Of a stretch of DNA of 64,000 bases, positions 32,991 to 52,000 are shown piece after piece (positions within the stretch are counted from its first letter, which is position 1; each line of letters starts with the position of its first letter). The DNA is taken from assembly GCA_002269645.1 (NCBI GenBank), contig NIVC01002210.1, forward strand, positions 128,086-192,085, given 5' to 3'. Both the position numbers and the translations under genes were made by a program. The notes beneath the pieces were generated by a model, which made no database searches, was not told the DNA's origin, and saw nothing but the letters and a program-made list of their open reading frames with translations. This DNA is from Macrostomum lignano (lineage: Eukaryota).

Positions 32991-33554
32991 TTATAATTGT
33001 TTGACATGAATTATGCCTCAAAAACCCAGGTCACCACATCCTTAGATATGAAAGGCTATTTTTGAATAGAATAGAGAATCCATTTGAATGTTGAGTTTTT
33101 AGTGCCAGTGGGTGGGATTGTTTCAAAAGTCAAAACTATGTAATGAATGTCGAATGAATGGTCTAAATAAATTTAACATTCATTTTTCTGGGATGTACAA
33201 TAGGAAGGAGGGCCATGATGATTCCTGAAATGTGTATCTGATTTAATTTACTCTGGCAGAAAAAACAATTACGTAATACATATGAAAAATCAAATGTTGA
33301 TACAAAGAATGACTTAAACAGCATATGCTACCGCTTTAACCGGGTGCTGACCAGTTCGGCGACAAACAAATTCACCACTCATTCACCACTCACATTTCTC
33401 AAGACGCGGGACGTCCAATTTAACAAAACAATTTTACTTTAACACGCTTATGCAGGCATTATTTCACATTTTTTTAACTTTCACGTGTATTGTAAGAAAG
33501 CCTTTTTACATGTAATTTGCTTTAACTTGTCTTGCTAGCTATAAAAATACGTGT

Positions 33555-34875
33555 CGCCAAATTTGCCTAGATTGTTGCCGAATTCGCTTTCGCCGAATTA
33601 GTCCATTGTGAATCTCTGTCGCCGAATTTGTTTGTTGCCGAATTTGTGTGCATCCCTTTAACCGTAAGGGTCTATGAAATTTGCTTGCGAGAAGTTTGCT
33701 TGCCGAAGTTTGCTTGCGGGACTTTTGCTTGCGGAAATTTGCTTGCCGAAGTCTGCTTGCCGAATTTTGCTTGTGGAATTTTGCTTGCCGAAGTCTGCTT
33801 GCCAAACTTTGCTTGCGGAATTTTGCTTGCCGAAGTCTGCTTGCCAAACTTTGCTTGCGGAATTTTGCCTGCCGAAGTTTGCTTGCCGAGCTTTGCTTGC
33901 CGAACTTTGCTTGCCAAATTTTGCTTGCAGGAAATTCGCTTGCTGCACATAAGCTTGCTGAAGTTTGCTTGCAGGAAATTTGCTTGCCGAACTTTGCTTG
34001 CAGGAAATTTTCTTGCGAGGTTTGCCAGCCAAAGTTATGCGGAACCTTAAAGAAACCTATTTTTGAGCTCTTGTATTTCTAATTTTCATTTTCTAAGATT
34101 CGTGGAAGTCGCCTATAGGCTATAGTGTTATGATTTTGTATGAGGATATGGCGGATTATTAACTACATTTTATATACTAAAATTTTTAGTATATGCATTA
34201 TTATAGATTAGCATCACTGCAATTATCATACCTGCTCAATCGTGCTGAAATCAGGAACTACAAAGATTTATTCTGTTACTGATCCCTATCTACCGATACT
34301 AAATCTCTAAGCATTCTATATACTACATTCTTAGAATGAAACTCTATAAGCCTATTTTGAAAGCTTAGTGTCAAGTCAGTTTACGTCGACACTGATAAGA
34401 ATCCACTTGCAAAGCATCTGTAGTAAGTAATAATTGACTGACCAACTTTACAAGCAATCAAAACAAGCAAGCAAACAAGAAAATAATTCTGCAAGTTAAA
34501 ACCTTGCGATTGTGTGATTGCAAATTTCTAGAAAGCAGACATCAAAATTTCGCAAGCAAAGCTCGGCAAGCAAACTTCGGCAGGCAAAGTTCCTGCAAGC
34601 AAATTTCCTGCAAGCAAGGTTCGGCAAGCAAAGTTCGGCAAGCAAAATTCCGCAAGCAAAGCTCGGCAAGCAAAGTTCGGCAAGCAAAGTTCGGCAGGCA
34701 AAATTCCGCAAGCAAACTTCGGCAAGCAAACTTCGGCAAGCAAAGTTCGACAAGCAAAGTTCGGCAAGCAAAGTTCGGCAAGCAAAATTCCGCAAGCAAA
34801 GCTCGGCAAGCAAAGTTCGGCAAGCAAAATTCCTGCAAGCAAAGTTCGGCAAGCAAACTTCCCGCAAGCAAACGT
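33555..34875. mobile_element. Foldback-like element: inverted arms of ~15-bp tandem repeats
   Basis: Left arm 33555-34030 (TTGCTTGCCGAACT-like)n, right arm 34545-34875 (AAGTTCGGCAAGCAA-like)n, ~500-bp AT-rich spacer. Confidence 0.6.
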
Positions 34876-36243
34876 CGTACTCCCAACCGTAATGAATTAC
34901 ATTTCTTAGAACTTGTCAACACAATTTTAGTTCAAAAAATCAACACTTATAAACAAAGTATATTTTCAAAAGTTAGACTTTCGGACTTGGAACAAAAACA
35001 ATAGTATCTTTTACGTAATAAGTCTATTTTTTACTGTATTAGTGGCAGTTATGCTTTGTAAAAAATGTACTTTTACCGTCTCTATTATGACATTTGCACG
35101 ATTCAAGTTTGTTTTAAGGTCTTTTTAATTGTTAAGCCTTAGCCACTACTCAACACAACACAACACAACACAACACCACAACACGTTTTATAAATGGAAC
35201 TACATTTAAGCACCTTGATAGTTTTCCTTTTCGTATTGGTCTATATTAAATTTGCATTTTGGTTCTCGACATCCGTCAACAGTGGTGTGCTTAAAATTGA
35301 AACTATCATAAAATGCGTTTTAGCTTTTCCTAGCTAAATGCGTTTGCACTCCAATAGACTTCGATTATTGTAGTTGTGTCTATTGTAAAATTATTAGGCA
35401 TTTTTTAATATGGTACTTTTTTAGCTAGCCTTCGCCTTCGTGTGTACATCTGAAGGCACAGCTAACACAGAATTTCCAGAAGGCACATATAGGCCCAAGC
35501 AAATAGTAAAGCAAAAATCAGAGAAATTTTCCCACTAGAGAAAATTTTCGACTCGTAGCTGATGGCTAATTGGGGTTTCCATGGGAGCTGACCGGCTGAC
35601 TAGGTTCATTGGGTCCAACTCAGGCTTCCTGTCGTGAGCTCTGGTGCAAACTGAACTGGACACGATTCTGTTGAAGCTTGAACTGCCACCAGAATAATTT
35701 TTTTCTAATTGGTAGTCAAAGCATTCAGTTTTTTCGTTTTTTTATCCTAAAGTATTTTTAATGAGCTTTAATACTATATTTTCAATAATATATTATCAGT
35801 TTAAATAGCTGTTCTATATTCTAACTTCAAATTTATTTTAATACGAAGAAGCAATATATACCTATTTGTAACTTCGATTATAAATTTTTATATTGCATCG
35901 ATAGCCAGAAAGGTTTGCTAAAAATACTCACCTTGATTACACATTTTAACAGCTGTTTGATTGAGGATTGTTCAGCGATTTAGATGGTATAATTGAAATA
36001 TTTGTTTCAATTGCAGGCAATTTTTAGATGTAGCCACATGTAATGATAAGCGCTATGAACACAAAGGAACAATATCTGTTTTCTACTTATTCTAGATTTA
36101 CTGCTTAAGGAGTTATCTGCAATCACCATATTAATTGAATTGCATGTATGCTCTTCACAGAGCTACAACCAGAGAGCGCCATTCACTGAGAGGTTAAAAA
36201 TTTAAAGAGGTTAAAAACTTTCAAATAAAGTTTATTAGTCAGC

Positions 36244-38695
36244 ATGGCAGCACAGGCTGAGGTGGTGAACCTGTCAAAACTTGTGGACATGGCGGTCGGC
36301 TCGCCAGAGCAGGGAGCTGTGAACTTCAACCTGCTGCACGGCCTTTTGCACGCCATCGTGGAGAAGCTGAACGATCCCAGCGTCAGCACCGACCGACTAA
36401 TGAGACCGCAATCGGAGGCTGCTGGTCAGCCGGCGCAAGTCGGCGGTCAGAAGTCGGCTAAAAGCCGGCGCGATCTCGACGGCACCGAGTCGGTTGTGAC
36501 CACCGACAGCGGCCTACCTCGCGACGGCACCTTCGGCAGTGGCGGTGCAGGTAAATCAGCTTATATACCACATGTTTTGTCTTTACAAGTATGTCGCAAC
36601 TTTTCCTGAGCAAGCAGCTCAAAATACCGTTTCTGAAGCTCAACGTTTGTTTGAAGCTCCATGATTGCGGAATTTCAAAGTTTTTCAAAATCAACCCTTT
36701 CTAGCTCGTGTTTCTCAAACCTAAACTAAAGCAAAATCGATTCCACGAACTCCCTCGATCTCAACGTTGATCTCATTCTCAGGCGGAGGCCTGAACTCAG
36801 AGCAGCTGCTCGACCGTCTGTCCAACGTGGAGACGCAGCTGGACGCTTTGAACAGCCTGCCGAGCGGCAAGGACGTCTTTGACCAGGTGTTCGGCAGCAA
36901 AGGCAAGTCGGATGGCCGAGCCACCGCGGACATGTTTCAGATGGTGCAGATGAGGCGCCGCACGGACGCTAATGAAGAGGGCGTTGCCAGGCTCTCGTCG
37001 CTGGTTGACGAGTTGATGAAGGAGATGGGCCGTCTGCGCAAAGAAAACGAGAACCTGCGCTCGGAGATGAAGGACCTGTCCTCGATGAAGTCGGTGTGGG
37101 AGCGGCTGGCTCAGCTTGAGTCGCAGCTCAGCGAACTCCGCGACAGCATGCAGAATCTGCCGACAAAGGAGATGTTCAAGGACTTCGTCACCTGGGAGTC
37201 GCTGGAGAAGGCGCTGCGCGGCATCCGTGAGGACATGGCTCGGATGGCCAACCCGCCAGAGCGAGTTGTTGTCAACATGTCCACCGACCCGATGTCGCGG
37301 CCTCAGAGCCCCGGGCCGAGCGAGGCGCTGCGCGAGATGCTCGAGAGCCTCGGCAAGCTCACCAATCGGCACGAGAGTCTGGAGGTTCGCGTCGACAAGC
37401 TCGAGCACGAGATGCCAAACAAGGCTGACAAGAAGGATCTGGAGAACCTGAAACTGCCCGACGACTTGCTCAAACAGCTGAACGATCTTCGCTCCTTGGT
37501 TGACAACATGCGCCAGAGCCGCGACCGCGACGTGGAGGCCCTCAACCGGATCCGAAAGGCGCTCAGCGACCAGCAGAAGGAGCTCGAGAGAATCAACACC
37601 GTCTTAGAGGCCCTGGCGCAGGGCGGCAAAGATGTCGGAGAGAAGCTGCAAGAGCTGTTCCGAATCACTGCTCACCTGGACGAAGTGAAAGCCGACAAGG
37701 ACTACCTTGACCAGCAGTTGGAGTCCAAGGCGGACAAAATCCAGCTGGACACCAAGGTCAACTTCAGCCTGTTCGACGAGACAACTGGAAACTTGAACTC
37801 ACAGATTGACGAACTGCTGCAGAAGCTGATGGCAACCGAGGACGATCTTCGCCGACTGTTGAAGCTGCTCGGCGCCGATCTGGACGGCAAACTCGACCGG
37901 TTGGAGATGGACGCGCTGAAGGACTGGCTGGAGAAGCGGCTGAAAGCCCTCGCCGCCAAGATCAAGAGCGGCGGCGGCGCCGGGGTCGCCGACATCAACG
38001 AGGACGACGCGGCCGGGCTCAGGCGGCAGCTGCTGCAGCATTTCCACTGCATCTCCTGCGACCGGCCGCTGGAGATGGGCGCCCACCCGCCAGCGCCGTC
38101 GCTGCCGGAGAAGCCAGCACTCAGCGTCACGAAGTCGATGCGGCCGTACACCACCTTCGAGCTGGACTCCATCAGGCAGCACGCCAAGAGCGTTAACGCT
38201 GGAGAGATGCTGGATGCCTACTACACTCCGCGGGCTGCGGGTGGGTCTCATACCCTCACTTATCCCAGCAAGAGGGTCACCCGCACGGCCGCAGTGCCGG
38301 AGGAGGACTACCACAGCCCGACTAGAGGCGCAGCGGCGGCCGCAGCGCCTCCGAACCGCGAGGAGACGGAAATCCAGGGCATGGACGGCCACATCTACAA
38401 GGGACGGATCGATCGATTCTTCACTGAGGTTCGAGCCTCCGACGAGCCGCCGACAAAGCTGCCGCCAGTGTCCGGGGCGAAGAGCTCCGCCAGCCGTGGC
38501 AGCGGCACCAGCGGCGACGCCAGCGGTCAGAGACCGTCGACTAGCGGGCAGCAGCAGCAGCAGCGGCCGCACTCGAGCCGCGCCAGGCCGGTTTCAGCCC
38601 GCAGCGGCTCAGAACAGCGCGGAGGCGGTGGCGATCCGCTGGGCCCCGCTCCGACGCCGAGCGTTGTTGACGTACCCGGAGGTGACGTCGAGTAG
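36244..38695 (+). CDS. DUF4795 coiled-coil protein (QRICH2/C16orf96-like)
   Basis: Exons 36244-36550 and 36783-38695 (phase 1, GCAG|GTAAAT..TCTCAG|GC). N-terminal LVDMAVGSPEQGAVNFNLLHGLLHAI and C-terminal KADK..KLDRLE..DDAAGLRRQLLQHFHCISCDRPLE match the QRICH2/C16orf96 family as I recall it. Confidence 0.85.
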
Positions 38696-39529
38696 ACTAT
38701 CTAGATAGGGGAGGTAAGCCAGTTGTTTCTAAATGCGTAGAGCTCAGTGTAAATAAATCTGGCGACAGGATTAAAAGGACAATTAATTCAAGCTCACTGA
38801 GCACAGTGGCCATCTTAAAATTATTTATCAACGCCTCATAAACATTTTTTTAGAATTCTTCGCGCCAAATATGAGCAACATTTAACTATTGAATTTTCTG
38901 ATAAACTAAACTTTTATTGATTATGTGTGCTTCCTCTATTCTGTCTGTCAACGATTATAACAAACTAAATTTTCATTTTTTTCAAATGATAATTAATGGT
39001 GCTTTCAGGCAGTGAGATTGTGTCGTTATTTGGACCAAAAATATTCTATCGAATTAGAGTAATGTTTAGCCTATTGATTTATAATATTATTTACTGACTG
39101 GCTGCTCAACTATCAAGTTTTATTGTGTACTTTTATGGCACCTCTGCTAATTGCTACACTGATTTGAAATTCTGATATTTTTCTCTTTCCTGAAGTGATA
39201 TTTAATCGAATATTTTTTAGAACTTTTTTGTTATAACAAATCGAAAGTCTTCCAAGCCCTAGAAGTTTTGTGTTTTAACTCTATCAACTATGGGCTCGCC
39301 AAAGTGAACAAAAAACTGTATGTAAAATGTACTTTTATTTGAAATCTATGTTTAGACTGTTATAAAGCAACAAAAAGTTTTCTTTATTTATTAGTTTTTG
39401 CTTCCAAATTCAACTGCTATTTTTTTCTTTGATCGAATTTGCTGTTTTCAATTTGCTCGCTTACTGTAGAAATGTCTTTATATTTAAATTTTGCTCTCTA
39501 ACTTGTACATGTACATTGTACACACTAAT

Positions 39530-40420
39530 TGACTACGAAGCTACCTGTTACTCGCAGCCTCAATCAAACGATGAAGCTACCTGTTATTCCCAGCCTCCAT
39601 TAGGCGATGGAGCTACCTGTTGTTCCCAGCCTCCATTAGAAGATGAAGCTACCTGTTGTTCCCAGCCTCCATTAGACGATGAAGCTACCTGTTGTTCCCA
39701 GCCTCCATTAGGCGATGGAGCTACCTGTTACTCCCTACTTGAATCAAGCGATGAAGCTACCTGTTATTCCCAGCCTCCATTAGACGATGAAGCTACCTGT
39801 TGTTCCCAGCCTCCATTAGACGATGAAGCTACCTGTTGTTCGCGGCCTCCATTAGGCGATGGAGCTACCTGTTGTTCCCGGCCTCCATTAGGCGATGGAG
39901 CTACCTGTTGTTCCCAACCTCCATTAGGTGATAAAGCTACCTGTTACTCCCTACTTGAATCAAGCGATGAAGCTACCTGTTATTCCCAGCCTCCATTAGA
40001 CGATGAAGCTACCTGTTGTTCCCAGCCTCCATTAGGCGATGGAGCTACCTGTTGTTCCCAGCCTCCATTAGACGATGAAGCTACCTGTTGTTCCCAGCCT
40101 CCATTAGGCGATGGAGCTACCTGTTGTTCCCAACCTCCATTAGGTGATAAAGCTACCTGTTACTCCCTACTTGAATCAAGCGATGAAGCTACCTGTTATT
40201 CCCAGCCTCCATTAGGCGATGGAGCTATCTGTTGTTCCCAGCCTCCATTAGACGATGAAGCTGCCTGTTGTTCCCAGCCTCCATTAGACGATGAAGCTAC
40301 CTGTTGTTCCCAGCCTCCATTAGGCGATGGAGCTACCTGTTACTCCCTACTTGAATCAAGCGATGAAGCTACCTGTTACTCCCAGCATCCAATAGACGAT
40401 GAAGCTACCTGTTGCTCTCA
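39530..40420. repeat. 36-bp minisatellite (GATGAAGCTACCTGTTGTTCCCAGCCTCCATTAGAC)n
   Basis: About 25 copies with three recurring variants. Confidence 0.92.
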
Positions 40421-40859
40421 AACTCGATCTTTTATTTCCTGTTTAATCAATGTCACAGTCACGTCACGTTTTGTGGTGTTATATAAGAATCTGCTGTTAT
40501 TCCTCACTCAAAAAACACTTTAAGAAAGGCAGTTTTTCACATTCGGTTATTTTTCGTATAGAAGTGCCCATCCGCCTTACCAATCCGTCCAATAGTATGC
40601 AATTCTGTTACTTCAGTAATATTGGAGCTGCATAGCATTGGCCATCTGTGTGCTCTCCGACTATCAACAAGTTTTTTTTTGCTTCAGCCAGAATTGGAAT
40701 TATTTATTTTCTTAGAATATATTAATAGCAAAGCTAGAAAGCTTTTTCGATTTTAATCTATTTTTATGATTGGCTAATTAAATGGAATGCATTCTAAGAA
40801 ATAAACATTATTTTCTGTCAAATAAAGTGTTTTATTTGTTTCTTCATTTCTCATTTGGG

Positions 40860-41190
40860 GTTGGAGCAGGCTGGGTGTTGGGGCAGGCTAGGGGTTGGGG
40901 TAGGCTAGGGTGTTGGGGCAGGCTGGGGGTTGGGGCAGGCTAGGGTGTTGGGGCAGGCTGGGGGTTGGGGCAGGCTAGGGTGTTGGGGCAGGCTGGGGGG
41001 TTGGGGCAGGCTAGGGGTTGGGGTAGGCGAGGGGGTTGGGGCAGGCTAGGGGGTTGGGGTAGGCGAGGGGGTTGGGGTAGGCGAGGGGGTTGAGGCAGGC
41101 GAGGGGGTTGGGGCAGGCTAGGGGGTTGGGGCAGGCTAGGGGGTTGGGGCAGGCTAGGGGGTTGGGGCAGGCTAAGGGGTTGGGGCAGGC
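40860..41190. repeat. G-rich 17-18-bp repeat (GGGGTTGGGGCAGGCTA)n
   Basis: Direct inspection; lies just upstream of the ANKRD42 start. Confidence 0.9.
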
Positions 41191-41283
41191 ACGTGTTAGA
41201 TTAAGGTATTGGCTAGGGTGTTTACGATGCAAGGCCTGACCGCAGATGCTATAGGAGCTCCATTCGAATTCTCAATTTATTGC

Positions 41284-48329
<7,046 letters not shown>

Positions 48330-49045
48330 TTCTTTATTTTTGTTATAATTTACTGATTGAAATTATCTAAGCCGGAAAATTGGCGCACCCTTCACAAGCA
48401 AGGTTTTGCGTATTAAAAAAACTTTAAATGCTGATATTCGCTGCATTTTTATACCTGTCTGCAGTGTTCTTTTCTAATATGAAGCTAGATATTTCTGCGT
48501 ATGTCGTATATATTGATTTTAACTTTTTATTAGCCTTGTAGCGAATTATTAAACTTGCTTTAATTGTTGCTGTCTGAACAGTACAACTGACTTTTTGTTT
48601 GAGTACGTCTCGATTTCAAAATAAAGTTTATAAAAACTTCACTAGGCTACTCGTGTCAAGAAATATATTATGAATATTATTTCACCTGACGTTACTAATC
48701 TTACATAATCTTGAAAAAATCACATTTGCAGGCCAATGACTATCTTCGTTATGAATATTACTCTATACGCGCTCTTACTCTATTATTACTCTATTATGTG
48801 CTCTATACCTTAATTTGTTTTACTTGTAGAGTTACCTTCAACTGTTTAGTGTACTAGAATGTGCTTATCTGATGCATGACTCGAATTCAAATTCAAAAGT
48901 GCAAACGTGTAATGTATACGTATAAGTAGTTGGGCATCAAAGTAAATGCAGATGAATGTCTGATGAATTTTCTCTTCCATTTTTCAGATTCGCGCAAGAT
49001 TCTGCAAGGCCCTGTCTATCAATAAATGTAGGCATAAGCGTAAAA

Positions 49046-52000
49046 ATGGAAAAGCTACTACGCGATCTGCATCCAGAGCTGCAGGAAATGCTCACAAATG
49101 CGGAGGTTTCGCGAGATTTTCGCCAACTCAAAAAGCACCTTAAAAGGCAACAAATGGAGTTGAAAAAAAACCTGAAGCAGCTGCAAAAGAAAGAAAAAGA
49201 AGAAAAAGAAACCAGCAGCGAGTCGTCCAGTAGTGAAAGTGATGAAGACGGCGATGACCAAATAGAGGCAGAATTGAAGGCCCTGTTTTTTTCCGTCCAA
49301 ATGGGAGACGTTAGCTTGTGTAGCCATATTCTTCAAACGGGTGTCAGCGTGAATAGCCTTGGTCCAAAGAAGGCGACACCGCTACATTTGGCGGCGCACG
49401 AAGACAAAGCAGACATTGCGAATTTGCTGCTGTCCAGGGGTGCCGATGTCAACGCAGTGGACCGTGACGGCGACACTCCGCTAATGCTTGCTGTAATGAA
49501 AAAGCATCGATTGCTCGTCCGCATTCTTGTTGAAAGGGGCACAGACCTGACAAATAAAAATAAAAAAAATCTGACTGCAGCTGATATAGCCTTAATGCTT
49601 GAGGACTTAGAGATTCTCGAGTTGCTAGAGGCAAAGCAGCAGGCCCTCCAGTATGATCCGAAAGTTCACGATGAAACCATTCTACGTCTCGTCTCGAAAG
49701 GAGAAAGGCAAATGATTGACTATTGGCTGAAGAATTTCCCAAAGCAGGATAGCAAGCGTTCGGCCGATCAGCAGTACAAGGATGGTCGAACCATCGCATT
49801 CGCAGCGGCGCTCAGTGGCTCAATGGAAATTTTGGAACTCGTTGATAAATATGGAGCAAATCTGGATCTACCAGATAATTCAAATAGTTCTCCTTTGTTC
49901 TGCGCAGCACAGAATGGATTCGAGAAGATTGTGAAGCTACTTTTGGAGAAAGGTTGTGACGTAAACCGTGTTAACAAAAACGGTAGAACCCCTTTGTTTT
50001 TTGCGATTCAGACAAGCAATTTGGGTATTTCAAAGCTTTTGATTGAGGCCGGAGCGGATGTGAACAAGAGAGATGCAAATGAAACTTGCCCTCTTGCTCA
50101 CAGCATTCTGTCAGGAAGTCAAGAAATATTCGACTTGTTAATTGAAAAGAATGCAAACCCCAGAGTCTTCGACAAAGATGGACACGATCTGGTGATTCTT
50201 TCCACTTCATTCAAGCGATTCGAAATTCTTAAGAAGCTCCACAAGTTAGGCTTGCCTCTGGATCACGTGAACGAAAAAGACGGAGAGACACCTCTGCTGT
50301 CAGCTTGTCAAACATCTTCACCGGAAGTTGTCAACTATCTACTTGACAACGGATGCAACGTTAAAGTGATGAATAAGAAAGGTATAACTCCAGTCCTAAG
50401 AGCAAGTGTGATGGGTGATCTAAAAACTGTGAAACGACTAAAGGAGCACGGAGCCCAGCTGGATGTTCCCGCGGTGTCTGGAGACACAGCCATTCTAGCT
50501 GCAGCTTTGCGGGGCAAGACCTCGCTAGTTGAATTCTTGTACAAAGAAGGCTGCAGCGTAACAACTTCAGATGATAATGGCAAGGGCTTGGCCCACCTCG
50601 CTGCCTCAAAAAGCGACACTGAATTGCTTGATGTCATTCGTCGAGCATCAGCACCCCTTGACGAACAAAATAACAAAGGCAATACGCCTCTCATTATTGC
50701 AACAATTCAACCAGCAAATTTAGACCTGATAAAGCGGTTTATTGAACTCAAGTGCAACGTGGAGACAAAAAACAATAAAGGAAACACCGCTACAAGCATT
50801 GCAGTAGAGCAAGGCAGCGTGGAGGCCTTGAACTATCTGATCTCTGTCGGAGGTAACCTCGGGAATATTACAAAGACTGGTGAGACGACCACAATGCAAG
50901 CTGCAAAAGGCAATCACCTTGAGGTTCTGAAGATTATAAGTACTTCAGCATCGCAGTCAAACGTCAATTCAACAGACATAAATGGGAAAACAGCGGTCCA
51001 TTTTGCTGCTCTCTCTGGCCGGTTAGAGATAATTGAATTTCTGAAAAACGAGATGAAGGCGAACTGCGATTTGGCAGACAAGAATGGCAACACACCGTTC
51101 ATGCTGGCTGCTGGCAAGGGACACAAGTCTGTGGCGGAGAAGCTGCTCGACTTTGGTGCTGACATTCATCTGAGAAATAAAAATGGTGAGAACTCCGCCC
51201 ATCTCGCAGTGAAGGGAAATCACGCTGAAATGCTGAGGTACCTGAGCATGAAATCATTTAGACCAGGAAGACAAGGATGGCGTCACGCCCTTGATGCTGG
51301 CGTGCAAAGAGAAAAGCCTGGAAGCCGTTAATTTTCTTCTATCGAAAGGCTGCGCTAAAAACTCAGTGGCTAGAAACGGTCGCAAGCTGATCCACGCCGC
51401 CTGTGAAGGCGGCAGTTTGCCCGTGGTCAGGCGGATTGTCAACTTGGGCGAGCCGATCGACTCGAGAGATACGAGCGGTGTAACTCCACTAATGATCGCA
51501 GCCAGAGGCGGTTTCATAAAGGTCGCCCAGTTTCTACTCAAAGAAAAGAAAGAGTTGTTATCAATGAGTGATGAGTCAGGGAAAACAGCCCTTGATCATG
51601 CAATTCTCTCTGACCACGTGAAAGTAGTGCAATTACTAATTGAAAGTGGCAGTGACATTGAACATGTGATGGACGATGGCAGAACTCCGTTGCTACTTGC
51701 TCTCGAGAAGTCAGTCAAAGTGAAGCAGAAAGTGGCATCCTTACTGATCAATAGCGGATCCGATGTGTTTAAAAAAGCTGCAGATGGTCTTAGTTCAGCT
51801 CATGTAGCATGCAAATTCAACAAGCTGCTCAGTCTGAAGAAGCTCATGGAAAAAGGAGTAGGTTTGGACACTCTCACGCAGAATGGTGATTCGTGTCTGA
51901 CACTGGCAGTGCCGAAAGGTGACCCTGATCTCATCAATCTGCTACTTGAGTCCGAACTTGACAGAAGGCACACGAACTTGCAGGGACATTCCGCTGTGTC

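Noticed and set aside
33539-35004. FACRSLLAE / KQSSASK ORFs
   Set aside because: Translations of the inverted 15-bp repeat arms.
39429-40523. 364-aa Cys-rich ORF as a real gene
   Set aside because: A 36-bp unit without stops in one frame; TTG start, no splice or expression evidence. Kept only as a low-interest finding.
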